From: Octopus bimaculoides
Lineage: Eukaryota
Direction: 5' to 3'
Assembly (NCBI RefSeq): GCF_001194135.2
Contig: NC_068985.1
Span: 18,223,014 to 18,287,013 of the forward strand
Length of the DNA stretch: 64,000 nt
Positions 25,798-39,227 of the stretch are shown here, piece after piece (the stretch's first letter is position 1; every line of letters begins with the position of its first letter). The position numbers were made by a program, and so were the translations under genes. Under the pieces are notes generated by a model. It saw only the letters and a program-made list of their open reading frames with translations, was not told the origin of the DNA and did no database searches.

Positions 25798-27310
25798 ATT
25801 TTATTAGCTTTTTATTTCTATACTGTAAAACAAGCATAGCTGTATGATTAAGAAGTTTGCTTCACAAGCACAGGATTCAGAGTATGATTCCACTGCATTG
25901 CAACATGGTCAAGTGTCTTCTATGATAACCTTGAATCGGCCAAAGAGTTAACTAGAATTTCATATTGTCTTTTATTCGTTAGCGGTGTTGGATAGTTTAT
26001 GATATGATATATTTTTCAGTTAAACATATATTGCAGCATTCTTTCGTCATTACAGAATGGGATTGTTTTAACTAATATAAACCATGTTGTATTGGTAGAC
26101 TTACCGTTACCTTTGTTTTCTAGATATATTTCTAGAGTTTAAATGAAGATTATCATATCATAAACCAATCCATGTCAATAACGCGTTTTATTTAAAACAT
26201 AGTTTGACTTGTACAAAGACTAGATTGCAGATCATCTACAGTATGAACTGAGGAAACTTTTTTCGTCTATTGCGTAGACCTGTGTAAACTCAACTGTTAT
26301 CAACCTCTGAGTATTACTGTCTTGAATCTTAGGAGTCAGGCGACTGTTATCTGATTTATATGGTATATAAGTGATCGAGATAACATTCCTCCTGAATGGG
26401 ACTCCAGTCTATCATAGGGTTACTCACTTAATGTAATGAGAAATGAAGTGTTTTGAGCAAAAACACAATACACCACCCAGTCTTGGAATCGAAATTGCGT
26501 TCTTGCAAGCAACACCTTACTCACTAGGCCACTGCCTTCATTCAACTATGCTCTCAGAAAAATAATTAATCTTTAAATTTACAAATCCATATTAGAAATA
26601 GAAATAAGAATTAATTATCAGAATATTCTCTTGTTCTTTACTAATTCGAATTATTAAAGTACAGTCGTGCATGAGTAGTCTTCTCTAGTTTTGGATTATC
26701 ATATCAACCCGCGTACTTCGATATTTGCTTCATCGAACTCATAAGGTAGACAAGAAAACTCAACCCGGAAGTAAAGGGACGTAACTGAGACAGAGACCAA
26801 TACCACAAAGTATTTTTGTTCAACACATCAATTTTTCCACCTGTCATCGATATAATTGTATGAATGAAAATGGGTTACAAGAATATCGTTTTAACTACAA
26901 GTCAAACTACGTTTTAAATAAAACGCATTATTGACATGGATTGTTTTATGATATGATAATCATCATTTCAACTCTAGAAATACATCTAGAAAACAAAGAT
27001 AATGGTAAGTCTACCAATACAACATGGTTTATATTAGTCAAAACAATCCCATTTTGTAACGGCTAAAAATGCTGCAATATATGTTTAACTGAAAAATATA
27101 TCATATCATGAACCAGCTAACACCACTAATGAACAAAAGGCAATAGGAAATTCTAATTAACTCTTTGGTCGAGCCAAGGTTATCATAGAAGACACGTGGC
27201 CATGTTGCCATGCAGTAGAATCATACCCATAACCCTGTTCTTGCAAAGCAAACTTCTTAATCGTACAGCCATGCTTGTTTTACAGTATAGCAATTAAAAG
27301 CTAATAAAAT
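25798..27310. repeat. Inverted duplication with ~415-bp arms (25798-26213 / 26896-27310)
   Basis: Arms align end to end at roughly 85-90% by eye. The left arm is flanked by the 11-bp direct repeat AAGACTAGATT (25790-25800 and 26216-26226). Confidence 0.92.
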
Positions 27311-28099
27311 GCATTAGTAGTTGTGTGCACGTGCACACGCTTGTGTGTAAAAATATGTAGTTGTTTAAATATACTTAATAATCTGAAATATATATAGCTA
27401 AAACAAATTCATAACCTGCATGTAGTTTTTGCTTCATATGTATGTATTTTATACATCAATCATTTTGGGGGCATTTAGTAGACAATATTTTTTGTCTGCT
27501 CCATATACTCTACAACTGAGTGAGACTCTCTGACAATAAGTCGTTCTTTTGAGTTACAAATTTCATAAGATTTCTAAAAGCACTCCTTTGTGAACTTCTG
27601 AAGAATTCTCTCACCGACTATAATGCATGCATCCCATAGTCTGATTAGGTGTTGCTGTGAGCTGACTCAGTGTATTTACAGCTATTTATCTACAGCAAGA
27701 AATTTTCTTCATGACAAAATACAGTGAATGGCTTTCTTATGGATTCAGATATGCCACAAGCATATTTGAACTGTTAACAAGTTTGCAATTAAATCATAAA
27801 ATATATAAACATGCAACTAACTTCCACTCCCTAAAATTACTGGCTTTCTGACCGAACTAAAAAAGCTAAAATATAATTTATTGCAATATTATCAAGTCTG
27901 TAAGTGTGACACAGATGGTAATGTTGAATAATGATCAAATTTAAATCCCATCAGTTAGCTTCAGCATTGCATTTTATCCCAGCAATGATCTGCAGGAAAT
28001 ATTTACTATATTCACCTCAATAGACTATAGCTGCTCCAACATGTCGTCTGTGTGGTTGGTACAAATTATATTATGCAACAAAAATGTATACAGGGTCAA

Positions 28100-28680
28100 A
28101 GAGTCACCAGTTGATCAGGGCGCACCAAAACCAAAGTAGCAGGGTAGGCAGAAACAACAACAGGACTTTTTGCTGAGTATATATGACTATAGGAGTAACT
28201 ATCCTCCTACTACAATTGGTCTTACCAAAACAACCAAAAGCCACAATTGGTACCACCAGTGGTAGACTCCCTCTATCCACTTTATATTCTTCCAAGTCTT
28301 TCTTTTCACTGTCATCGCTAAAATTACATTGATGAGACTTTTCAAACACATTTTCTCCTCCAATGGGGAGGGACAGAGAGTTATGCCTAGTTCAGATACC
28401 ATAGTGTGCCCTAGTACATAGTCAAAGACTATAATGAAAAGGAAAGGAGCTACAGTGTTCCTTTGGAGGAATCTTGTGTTGACTGCACTTTTCTTTGTCT
28501 ATAACCCTGAGGAAGTGTTCAAGCCTCATGGTTAGGCCCACGTGATGTATGTCTGTGAACTTATGCAGGATACAGAACTGTGGACTGTCTCAGGGTTGGC
28601 CCATAACCTGGAGGGAAATTTGCTCTCAAGTTGGAGTCAGCATCCATAAGTGATGTGTTATAAAAGAATGCCCACTGGTC
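28100..28680 (-). mobile_element. RTE-type LINE RT remnant
   Basis: APFLFIIVFDYVLGHTMVSELGITL followed by frameshifted CNFSDD, matching the QGDTLAPFLFII…DFADD region. Confidence 0.7.
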
Positions 28681-29304
28681 CCTTAAGTTGTAATTTGTTT
28701 TTTTACAGCTATTTCTTGTCTAAATTTCTATTTGAAAGTTATCTTCTATAGTGGAATCTTTCAACCTCTACATTAACCCCCAAACAAAATTTATCATAAA
28801 TAACAAACTGAAAAAAATCCTTTCATAAATTGTTTATTTTTGTATTTTCACAAACATTTACAAATCAGAACAAAAATTATTAATAAACATTTTCACTTTG
28901 TTCTTTGGAAAATATTGTTATGTAAAGGCAAGATATCATTTTATACACTTTTATTCAACACACACACATATGCACACACATATGCACACACACATGCATA
29001 TGTGCGCGCACACATGCACAGACATATGCATGCACATACATTACATACATTTGTATGAGTTAAGAAATTCAATATCACCTGTTGAGATAACAGTTTCTTG
29101 AACCTCCTTACTGTAGCTAATTCATTTGGAACCACATCCAGCAATGGTTATAATATTATTTTTGTAACAGCTACAAAAATTATTTACTTTTTATAGAAAA
29201 GTGAAAATTTAAAAAATTGTTCCTTGTTTGTAGATGGGTGCTAAGAAAATTCATTAGACATTAAAAGCTAACACCAAGTTTGGCCAAGGGGTTACAAAGA
29301 ACTT

Positions 29305-30088
29305 TTATAGACTGATTTCAATTGGAGTTGTTTTGGTTTTATTAATTTTAAAATGTTCGACAGTATCAATATCTATGGAATGTCGTCTCATCAAATGTGC
29401 TTTTAGGTTGCCTTTTGTTGTGCTTTTATAGTCACAAACATGACATGCAAATGGTTTTTCATGGGTGTGCAAACGAATATGAACTTTCAAATGGTCTTGT
29501 TTTTTAAATGTCCGTCCACAATAAAGGCATGACCATTTGCGCTCGCTATTATGACAATTATAAATATGCTTTTGAAGACAGTTTTGGATCTTGTATGTCC
29601 GGCCACAATGTTCACACATGAAATGTGCTTCTTCTTTATGAAACTGTTGTATATGCTCAGTAAGGCCACGTTTCCTTATAAATTCTGCATTACAGAACTC
29701 GCATTTGAAGAGGGTGCAGTTAGCTGGCAATGGCACAGCATGCTGAAAATATCGATGAAAAGGTAAATAATCAGGATTTTGAGAACTGAAACCACATTCT
29801 ATACAAGAGTTGCTATTGGCAATATTCTCACCACTGGAGTGACTACCAACTACAACAAATTCTGGAATATCATCTAAGAGAACATTGTGCACATTTCTCA
29901 AATGTGACACAACAATTTCGGCAAATAGGAATGAGGTATGGCAGATTGTACAGATGAATTCCACTTTATCACTGGAGGCAGTGGCACCGATTTGTCCAAT
30001 AACCATCTTTTCCTGAGAATCACATTCTTCAATTTCATAGACCGTTGGAGATGAACTACTCTCTAATTCCACCTCAATAGGATTGCTG
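29305..30088 (-). CDS. C2H2 zinc-finger terminal exon B (6 fingers), proposed distal alternative last exon of the BTB gene
   Basis: Intact ORF with six CxxC…HxxxH(x)H units and a THEKPFAC linker. Acceptor ttttcctctatcatttcAG|cAG at 30089/30086 is phase 2 and in frame with the BTB exon donor. Stop at 29305-29307. Confidence 0.9.
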
Positions 30089-30574
30089 CTGAAATGATAG
30101 AGGAAAACAAAAATTAATCGAGGAAAATAAGTGTTATTCTTCAAAATGGTTAAAACTTCAAAACACAGCTTTGAATAAAAAGTAATTTAAACAAGAGCAC
30201 TCAGAAAGCGCAAACCTCCACCAAGGCAACACCAACATCCTCTCAAAGATTAGCCAGAAATGATTTTTAAAATGAGAATATCTTAAATATACTCGACTGC
30301 TCTCACAAACAAGAATACTAAAAATGAACCTGACCACTCTCAAAAATTAAGTAAAAAAAAAAAGGAAAAATAATGCAAACTCCTTGTCTGGTACCTGATC
30401 TATCCCAATGGTAGTCATGAAATGTGAAGGTGGCAGTAGAAAATTTAGTAACACTTATAAATAGTTTATCCTTATCTAAAACAAGCCAAAGTTAACAAAT
30501 TCACCATTCAAAATAGTTACAGCCTAAAGGGAGATCATTGAGAAAGTCTTGAAAGTTAACATAAGATTATAATC

Positions 30575-30795
30575 ATGTAAAGTAAATAAATATAACAAAT
30601 AACCCAGAATCCTTGTCTGGTACCAGATCAATCCCAAAATCTAAATACTTTGTGCCAGTCACAAGGCCAAACATCCTTGAAAGTTTCATCCAAATCCATC
30701 CAGTGGTCCTTAAGAAATCTTGTCCACTGACAAACAAAGAAACAAACACGACTGAAAACAATACCTCTGACTTCTTTAAGGTGGAGGTAATAACT
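30575..30795 (-). mobile_element. HINE/DINE-1-like element 5' part
   Basis: Minus strand ttattacctccacc…gaggtattgttttcagtcgtgtttg…gatgaaacttt, the same family as 19198. Confidence 0.65.
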
Positions 30796-31538
30796 AATAA
30801 TTATTAAAAAATAAATAATTAAAATAACTAATGATGACTTACAAATTCATTTTAATACATTCCAACAGATTTAAACATGATTATGCTAATCACTGTTGTA
30901 TATCTTCATTGGAGAATAACTTTCAGATGAATGTGAGTTCAAAATACATAAGAGATCTTTGGGACTTATGTTAATGAATTTAGTGCGTTATAATCACACA
31001 TTCATCTAAAAAGAGAAACTGTTCTCAAATAATGAAATACAACAGTGATTAGCATAACATTCAAATCTGCCAGAACATATTAAACATAAATATGGAAGTT
31101 AATGTTCTGATTCTTGCTGTTCACTAGGCACATAATGATATTCCAGTATTTTACCAATGTCATTTCTTAACCTATGTGGACAGCTTGCTTCAAAACAGTA
31201 GAATGGCAAATTAATGGGTGGCATGCTTGCATGAAATCATTGAAGTGTTTGGAAGGACAGCCAAACTAAATCTCTTAAAGTTACTAAATTATGAAGTGAT
31301 AACTCCAAAAAATTTGTTTATTTTGTTGAATTATTTGACCTTTCAAAATATACACACTCTGAAATACAATATCACATCAACATTAATGCTTCTCATAAGC
31401 TGTTTACACCTTTGATATAACATGAGTACTGACAAAAAAAAAACAAGTAAGGTTTAGCAACAGGAAGAGCATCTAACCATAAAAATCTTGCCTCAAAATG
31501 TGAACCAGTTTATGTCATGCTAACATGGACAACATACA

Positions 31539-31680
31539 TTAACCCTTTTGTTACTATATTTTTGTTGAAATATAATATTTTTGTTTCAATTAATTCTGAA
31601 TATATTAAATTTAGTAAAACAACTTGTACTGTAGAACCAGGGGTGGTCTTAGGTATGTTGGTTGCTAGCAAAAGGGTTAA
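31539..31680. mobile_element. piggyBac-like MITE
   Basis: TTAA-ccttttg…caaaagg-TTAA termini (ttaacccttttg / caaaagggttaa). Confidence 0.7.
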
Positions 31681-31789
31681 ACAACACAAAATGAATAAAC
31701 AGAAGATTGACATTAAATATGGGGAATTAATTTGTGATGTTCTCTTTTATTGTTTATTTATTTCTGTGATTAGACAGGGACTTTGAAGA

Positions 31790-32070
31790 GTTTTGTTGAA
31801 CAAATCAACACAAGTAGTTTGTTTGTTTTTGTTTTTAGTGTGATACTTATTCCGTTTGTCTCTTTTGCTGAGCCACTAAGTTACACAGATACAATCACAC
31901 ACACGCACACACACAACGGGTTTCCATCAATCAAATACACTCACAAGACATTGGTTAACCCAGAGCTATGGTAGAAAGCACTTACATAAGGTGCTACACA
32001 GTGGGACTGAACCTGAAACCATGTGGTTGCAAATTAAGTTTCTTAACTACACAGCCATGCCTGCACCTTA
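31790..32070 (-). mobile_element. tRNA-derived SINE, CpG-decayed
   Basis: cacagtgggactgaacctgaaaccatgtggttgc…cacagccatgcctgcacc is the reverse complement of the SINE head. Confidence 0.7.
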
Positions 32071-32789
32071 TTTTGATGCTAAAGAGCAGTGACTGCTATC
32101 AATAATACTAGCAGTAGTAGTGGTTGTACCAGTTGTATAACTTAAGAGCGAGCACATAGGCCTACTGAAATTTTATTCCAACTGATCAACACTAAGGCAA
32201 ACCACCACTTCAAAACAACATTCCTGGGTTATTTTTAAAGTAATTAGAAAAACACCTGCATAAATTAATGACTGTGGAGAAATATACCAGAGATGACTCC
32301 TGAAATATATAAGTAGGAGATAACATAATGCAGAAAGCAAAAAAAAAATGTTTTCTAATTTTAATTTACCCATAGTGAAAGGAAAGAAACTAATAAATTA
32401 TTAACGCTAGTCAAAGCAGGGGAGACAACTTCAAAATTGAATGAACATTTAGCAGACAAGTATGGCGACAACACTAGATATACTTCTGTCATATTAAGCC
32501 TTTTAATAGTGCTTGCCACAACCAAGAATTCTGGGATATAAAGATTTACAGTAAACTCAACATAAACTTGTGTGGCAACTTAAAAATAATGACTGTGAGA
32601 AAATAAAACTAAAACGTGTCTGCTCTTCAAGAGTATTTACCCCTAGATATATTTTGGTGTAATTCTCAGCTGTTTTCTTAGTTAATATCTCAAACAGAAT
32701 TTATTGCATCAACTATAACCTTTCATCATCTGACACAAGATTATGTCCTCCAATTCCCCCTCCCTTCTCAAAAGATTTTTGTCTTGTAG

Positions 32790-33012
32790 GTTACTTGGTA
32801 ACCCTGTGAGTGCAGGTGCCACTTAAAAAGCATCCAATCCACACTGTGAAGTGGTTGGTGCTTGGAAGGGCATCCAGCTGTAAAAACCTTGCCAAAACTG
32901 ACCTCACCTGTGCTTCTGACATGTAAAAAGCACTAAGTCCACTCTGCTGGGTGATTGTCAAACTGCCCCACCCATGCCAGCATGGAAGGTGGTTGTTTGA
33001 TGATGATGATTA
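32790..33012 (+). mobile_element. RTE-LINE 3' UTR fragment with (GAT)n tail
   Basis: ggaagggcatccagctgtaaaaaccttgcc…acccatgccagcatggaa…tgatgatgat; the family recurs more than 10 times between 32 and 59 kb. Confidence 0.75.
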
Positions 33013-33134
33013 ATGAAAGATTTACAGAAAAATTTCATGAAACTAAAGCACTGGGAAACTTTTAGCTATGAGAGGTGAAATGATTTGCAAATGAGTTTTA
33101 AATTTTCTTTGGTCACAGAAGAGATATCTTATTC

Positions 33135-33381
33135 GTCATTCCAACCATTTTTTGCTTATGGAACCCTTTGATTCTTATTTTATGCAACTAAACTTCCATA
33201 ACCATTCATGGATATAAAAAAAATCCTCCTGTATTTTTATAATTAAATATTTTTAGGAATTATCTAAAAAATTTTAATATTTTGTGGGTTGTAGAAGTAT
33301 AAGTAATTTATTGCAAATAGATTTTAACAAAATCTTATATGGACCCTGAAGGACCATGTGAACCCTGGTTGAGAACCACAG
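33135..33381. mobile_element. hAT-like MITE
   Basis: Right end ggttgagaaccacag; the interior is the reverse complement of the element at 59129-59354. Confidence 0.6.
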
Positions 33382-33645
33382 ATCTAGGGGAATAAAAAAG
33401 GAAATAAACCATAAAAGAAAACTTGACCAGTATAAACATAATTTCTCCAATGAAATACTTAATTCAACATTGGAATTTATAAACAACAACAGTAAAACTT
33501 AGGGTCACAATTATAAGGAAACTATTGTGTTCTACAAAATCTCCCAGATTTTTTTGTAATATGTGAGTCAATCTAATTCTGAAATGGCTATATTTCAAAA
33601 TAGCCCCTAGAATTTACTAACTAGGTTGAACCGCTGCTTTTGGTA

Positions 33646-33685
<40 letters not shown>

Positions 33686-34557
33686 NNNNNNNNNNNNNNN
33701 NNNNNNNNNNNNNNNNNNNNNNNNNNNNNNNNNNNNNNNNNNNNNNNNNNNNNNNNNNNNNNNNNNNNNNNNNNNNNNNNNNNNNNNNNNNNNNNNNNNN
33801 NNNNNNNNNNNNNNNNNNNNNNNNNNNNNNNNNNNNNNNNNNNNNNNNNNNNNNNNNNNNNNNNNNNNNNNNNNNNNNNNNNNNNNNNNNNNNNNNNNNN
33901 NNNNNNNNNNNNNNNNNNNNNNNNNNNNNNNNNNNNNNNNNNNNNNNNNNNNNNNGTTACTTCATTTAGGTCATGGTTAGAGTTTGGTATTTTCATCATC
34001 TTGTAGCTTTTACTGGCTTCAGTCATTGGAGTGGGACCATGCTGGGGCACTGCTTTACAGGGTTTTAGTTGAACAAATTGACTCCAATACATACTTTTTC
34101 CTAAGTATGGTTAAAATCCTAAAGGGTCAAAAGACTTGGAAAGCAAAGCTACTGGACAATTACTAGCACCAAATTCATGACAGATAACAGAAATCATCTT
34201 TGATTCTAACCGTTTATTCTTTTATATTACAACCTTTGTAAACAGTTTAGGTAAATTCTTTTAATGTGTAATTAAACAACTTATATGTATTTCATTTCAA
34301 TTTATTTACAACATAATTTCAGTATTGAATACCAGTGAACCAACAGACTTTCAGATATCTTCTGATATTCCATAACTGCCTTGGTTTCAAAATTATGAGT
34401 TTCTTCCCCTTCTTTTTTCACAATCTTAGGGTTTGGCAAATTCAACTTGTTTCCAAATAATGAACATAGTTTATTTTTAATTATCCTAATCATGTTACTA
34501 TTACAGTTATGTATTAAACAGCTAAGTTGATATTTCTACAATCTAAATTTCTATGTG

Positions 34558-35990
34558 ACATCATCATCGTTTAACGTCCGTTTTCCATGCTGGCATGGGT
34601 TGGACGGTTTGACTGGGGTCTGGCAATCCAGGAGGCTGCAACAGGCTCCAATCTGATCTGGCAATGTTAAAACAGCTGGATGCCCTTCCTAACACCAACC
34701 ACACTGAGAATGTAGTGGGTACTTTTTACGTGCCACCAGCACAGGAGCCAGTCTGGGCAAGGGTGATCACGTCCGGATGGTGCTTTTTACGTGCCACCAG
34801 CACAGGAGCCAGTCAGGCGGCGCTAGCATTGGTCACATTCGGATGGTGCTTTTTACATGCAACCGGCATAGGAGCCGGTCAAGGCAAGGGGGCTGGTATC
34901 AACCACATTCAGATGGTGCTTTTTACGTGCCACTGGCACAGGGAGCCAGTCAGGTGGCACTGACATCAGCCACAACTACAATTTCTATTTGATTTTGATT
35001 TACTTGACTTAATTGGTCTCCTCAAGCACAGCATGTCGTCCAACGAACCAAATCCATTCACAAGGTTTTGGTTGGGCCAGAACTATAGTAGAAAGACAAG
35101 AAAGACACTGGCTCAAGGTGACCCAAGACAAGAAAGACTCTGGCCTAAGATGCAGTAGAACTGAACCCAAAACCACAGGATTGCCAAGTAAGCTTCTTAA
35201 CCACACACCCATGCCTGCTCCTTTTTATTCATCATCATCATCATAATCATCATTTAACATCCGTTTTCCATGCTGGCATGGATTTGACAGTTTGACAGGA
35301 GCTGACCTACTGAAGGGCTGTTCAGGCTCCAGTCATCTGTTTTGGCATGGTTTCTATGGTTGGATGCTCTTCCTAATGCCAACCACTAGGTGCTTTTTAT
35401 GTGGGACCAGCACCTATGAGCCCACAAGATTAGGGATGCTCAGCTGGAGAGGGTTGCAGGGGACGAGCCTATATATGCAAGAGCAACCATGCTTTTACTT
35501 AGCTTGATGTCTCTTCTCAAGCAAAGCAAACCACCAGGAGTCTCAGTCCCCTATCATCCCCTCTGTGAGTCCCAACATCTACAGATCCTTTCTTACAACT
35601 TTATCCCACATCTTCCTGGGTCTACCCCTTCCACATGTTCCCTCTACAATTAGAGATCGGCACCTCTTGATGCAACTGTCTTCATTCATATACATCACAT
35701 GTCCAAACCAGTGCAGTCTTCTCTCTTGCACACTACATCTGATGTCTCTTATACCCAGTTTTTCTCTCAAATCACTTACACTCTGTTGTATATGCACACT
35801 GACATTACCCATCCAGTGAAGCATACTGGCTTCATTTCTTTCAAGTCCTTGCATACCCTCAGTAATTACAGCGCATGTCTTACTGCCATGTAGCACAGCT
35901 GTTCATACACAGGCATCGTACAATCTGCCTTTCACTTTGAGAGAGAGGCAATTCATTACTAACAGAGGTAGAAACTCTCTGAACTTCGTC
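34558..35990 (-). mobile_element. Two adjacent RTE LINE 3' fragments (34558-35060; 35240-35990 with ORF remnant)
   Basis: (CAT)n tails at 34558 and 35230. Minus ORF LHGSKTCAV…LERNEASMLHWM…LREKLGIRDIRCSVQERRLHWFGHV…GRGRPRKMW is the RTE C-terminus. Confidence 0.85.
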
Positions 35991-36363
35991 ACTAAGACTT
36001 TTGAGGTTCTCTGCATTTTCACTGAATAGTCAAAAGGCCAAACGAAATTTAAGTACGGTTATAAGGGTTGAGAGAAGTGATGATGGTTTAATAGGAGGAC
36101 ATTATACATAAACCAAAATTTGGAAATTATTACAGGAAAATACTTGATGCAAATTCAAAGGAGATTGTTAGTAATGTGACAACCAAGTTACTTTCAACTA
36201 GTCAAGACAAATAACAAGTGTTGCATGAAATCAGGTGGACAACAAGAACAAAATAACCAAAATAATTTCAATAGAGCTTTGTGTCTTATTTAGGGATCAG
36301 CTCCTTTTTTTATTAGATTAATTTAAAGAATAAAAATGATAACATAAATATACAGAGATAGTT

Positions 36364-36408
<45 letters not shown>

Positions 36409-37539
36409 GATGGATGGATCGATAGATCAATAGTTAGATACAAAATGATACACACATGTCTAAGAAGAGAATTTTCTCCCAGGGCTACCTGTTCAGCAGG
36501 TCTTTGCACACCCAAGTGCACTCAAACATATTCAATATGATTTAACAAGCACGCACACACACACACACACACACACAAACTGACCACAAATTGATATATA
36601 AGATTTAAAATATCAATAAACAGCATATTTATGATAGTGGCAAGGATAAGATGTTGACTGAAATGGTTGAATATTGAACTAAATGCTGAATAGAATTTAG
36701 TTTAATTTATATTCTGATTTAACAAATGTTAACTTTGACACTCCGCTGCCCACTCTACATTCAGTAAAACAAATACTAAGAACCAATGAAACTCCTTTCC
36801 TTACACAAATTGATTTCATGATAAGTAAAAAAAAAAATTAATATAATTAAATTACATTAAAACTTGTTTAAAGGCTGAAACAATGAAATACAGAAGTGGA
36901 AACAAAACAGTTAATGTTTTTTCTTGCATTTCTTAGATAATTTTTTGGTTAGAAATGGAAAAGGTATAGAGCTGTTAGCTTTGCTTAGATATGTGAGAGA
37001 GGTGAGTGACATGTATAGACTGGTGGTGTTATTGTAACCAGTCTGCCTTGTGTGGTTCTGAAGAAAGATAATAGTTTTATACCATCTCCCAAGTCTCCCC
37101 ATGTCCTGATGAAGAGGTTCTAACCCCAAAATATCAAAGAAATACACTTCTATATTTCATTTATTTTCTATTGTTTTAGCCTTTTAACAAGTTTTAATCC
37201 AATTTAATAATTACACAATGCTTCACCCAAACTATTCTATATTAATATAATTATACACTGCAAACAATAAATACCCATGATTAAAACTGATTATAATAAG
37301 TATCCTCATAAATATATTAAAAAGAATTATAATAAAATAGTAAAAAATTTTCAGTTTCTTTCTATCACAATCTAGAAATAAATATATTTATCATATTATG
37401 ATGAATAAAAAAAATTAATAATATCAAACTACACAATTTGCTCTTAGAGCAGATGATATAAGATGAAAATAATGGAACATTACATAAAAGCACAACATAA
37501 TGACATATGGAAGAAAATTGAAATTGATGAGAGTATACC

Positions 37540-37910
37540 GGATGGTGTGTAAGGTCTGCTCACTGTTCAGAATATCCAACAATCCATCCATCTTCACTGC
37601 CTATTATTCCTGAGAGAGTCGTGGAGCAGAGACCTCAGACATTTCCTCCATAGGACACTATCAGAAGCAACCATCATTAAACTTCCCGGCTGAATTCCCA
37701 ATCTGACCAACTGACAGTATTAGATATTATCTTGATCTATCCTAGTTGACTGATCTTGAAGAATCCATCTAGTGATTCTTTACAATAACATCACCAGTCT
37801 ATGCATGTCACTCACCTCTCTCACATATCTTTCCTGCAACATTCTAATCACAAGTCCAGAATAGTTACCCTGGAATACCAGCAATAGACTGTTATCTTAT
37901 GCAGGTGAAG
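37540..37910 (-). mobile_element. Decayed RTE-like C-terminal remnant
   Basis: Weak similarity on the minus strand (…ctattctggacttgtgattagaatg…gattcttcaagatcagtcaact…) to the plus-strand remnant at 48320-48400. Confidence 0.4.
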
Positions 37911-39031
37911 ATTTATTCCTTATCTGCTTAAGACCATAAAACCAGTGCTAAACAGTTTACCCTATAAAGCCTTCTGAGGACTTTAGAGATTTTTGCATTA
38001 ACTATATTTTAACACACATAAATTGTGCACATTGGCTGTTGGGGTCATGGTGTGGGAGTGTTAGACAGACTGTTGACCAACATCATCACAAAATCAAAAC
38101 TGACCAACTACTGCTACTTGTATTTACTAAAAAGTAGTTGATGATAGAAAGGGCATCAAGCTGTATAAAAAAATGGAAGGTACAAACAGGGAACATGTGG
38201 ACTCCACAAGCAGCAGTGCAGGCAGCCTGTCTAAGAGAACAGTATCTCTAAATAAAAACTGACACAAAATAGGAAGACTCTATAATCCTGCTGCAAACAA
38301 TCTCTTTGATACTTCTGATATGATAAAATGCATCCAGCCCATACTGTAAAGTTGTTGGTCACAAGAAGAGCACCAACCAAAACCAAAACAAAAAAAACTT
38401 ACCAGAAAACATAACATACACAACGAATTTGGGCAGTTTTCTCTGGTAAAGTGTGCATACCAAATAACAAAGGACTGCGATGCTGCGAAACCAAAAAATG
38501 CACAGTTTTGAGGTTTCTTTAATCAACTCCTCTAGTAATGGTAACATGAAAAAACACCTTCAGTACAGTCTGTAAAGTAGTTAACAATAGGAAGTGCATC
38601 CAGTTGTAGAAACCTAGCTGAATGACACATGTTCATCAGTCTGTGGAGCAGCACAGGTGACAGTTTTGAAACACAGGCATCAGCCACGACTACAATCTCA
38701 CTTGATGACTCCCAATTGATGACTCAGCCAATCTATGCCAGCATGGAAAGCAGACATAAAGATGATGACAACAACAATGATAATGATCACAATGATGATA
38801 TATTTCTGTACATGTATTTATGCATGTGAATATCTTTTGCCAATATATATTGAAAAAAGATATGGACATCAGCATATTAAATTAAAAACTAGCATTTTAC
38901 AAATTTCTTTTGGATATTTTTTCTGCATCAAGTTACAGACTATTTATTATTCTTCAGAAAAGGAGAAAACCAGTAATTTACCACATTGGAAACCTATAAC
39001 AACACTGCTGTTCATTAATCCTGATATAGAA

Positions 39032-39227
39032 TTAACCTTTTCGTTACCAACCCAGCTGAAACCGGCTCTGGCTCTGAGTACAAATGACCACCAAACCTTA
39101 GTCACAATTTATATTCCTAACACTAGCTGAATGATAACTAAGTTATTTTACTAAATTTTTTATTATATTTAAAGTAACTGAAAGAAACACAGAACATTTC
39201 AAAATGAATACAGTAACGAAAGGTTGA
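39032..39227. mobile_element. piggyBac-like MITE
   Basis: ttaaccttttcgttac…gtaacgaaaggttga termini; interior related to 31539-31680. Confidence 0.65.

Noticed and set aside
28030-28060. PTCRLCG as a zinc-finger exon
   Set aside because: On the plus strand, no His pair or open frame; at most a scrap of a LINE zinc knuckle.
28104-28402. Minus-strand ORFs as a third variable exon of the BTB gene
   Set aside because: They translate to a frameshifted RTE reverse-transcriptase remnant with no zinc fingers.
30089-30144. ATG at 30144 as the start of a single-exon ZF gene
   Set aside because: The first 18 codons (…LIFVFLYHF) are the translation of a polypyrimidine tract ending in CAG|CAG, so a splice acceptor is more likely. 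Not fully excluded without transcripts.
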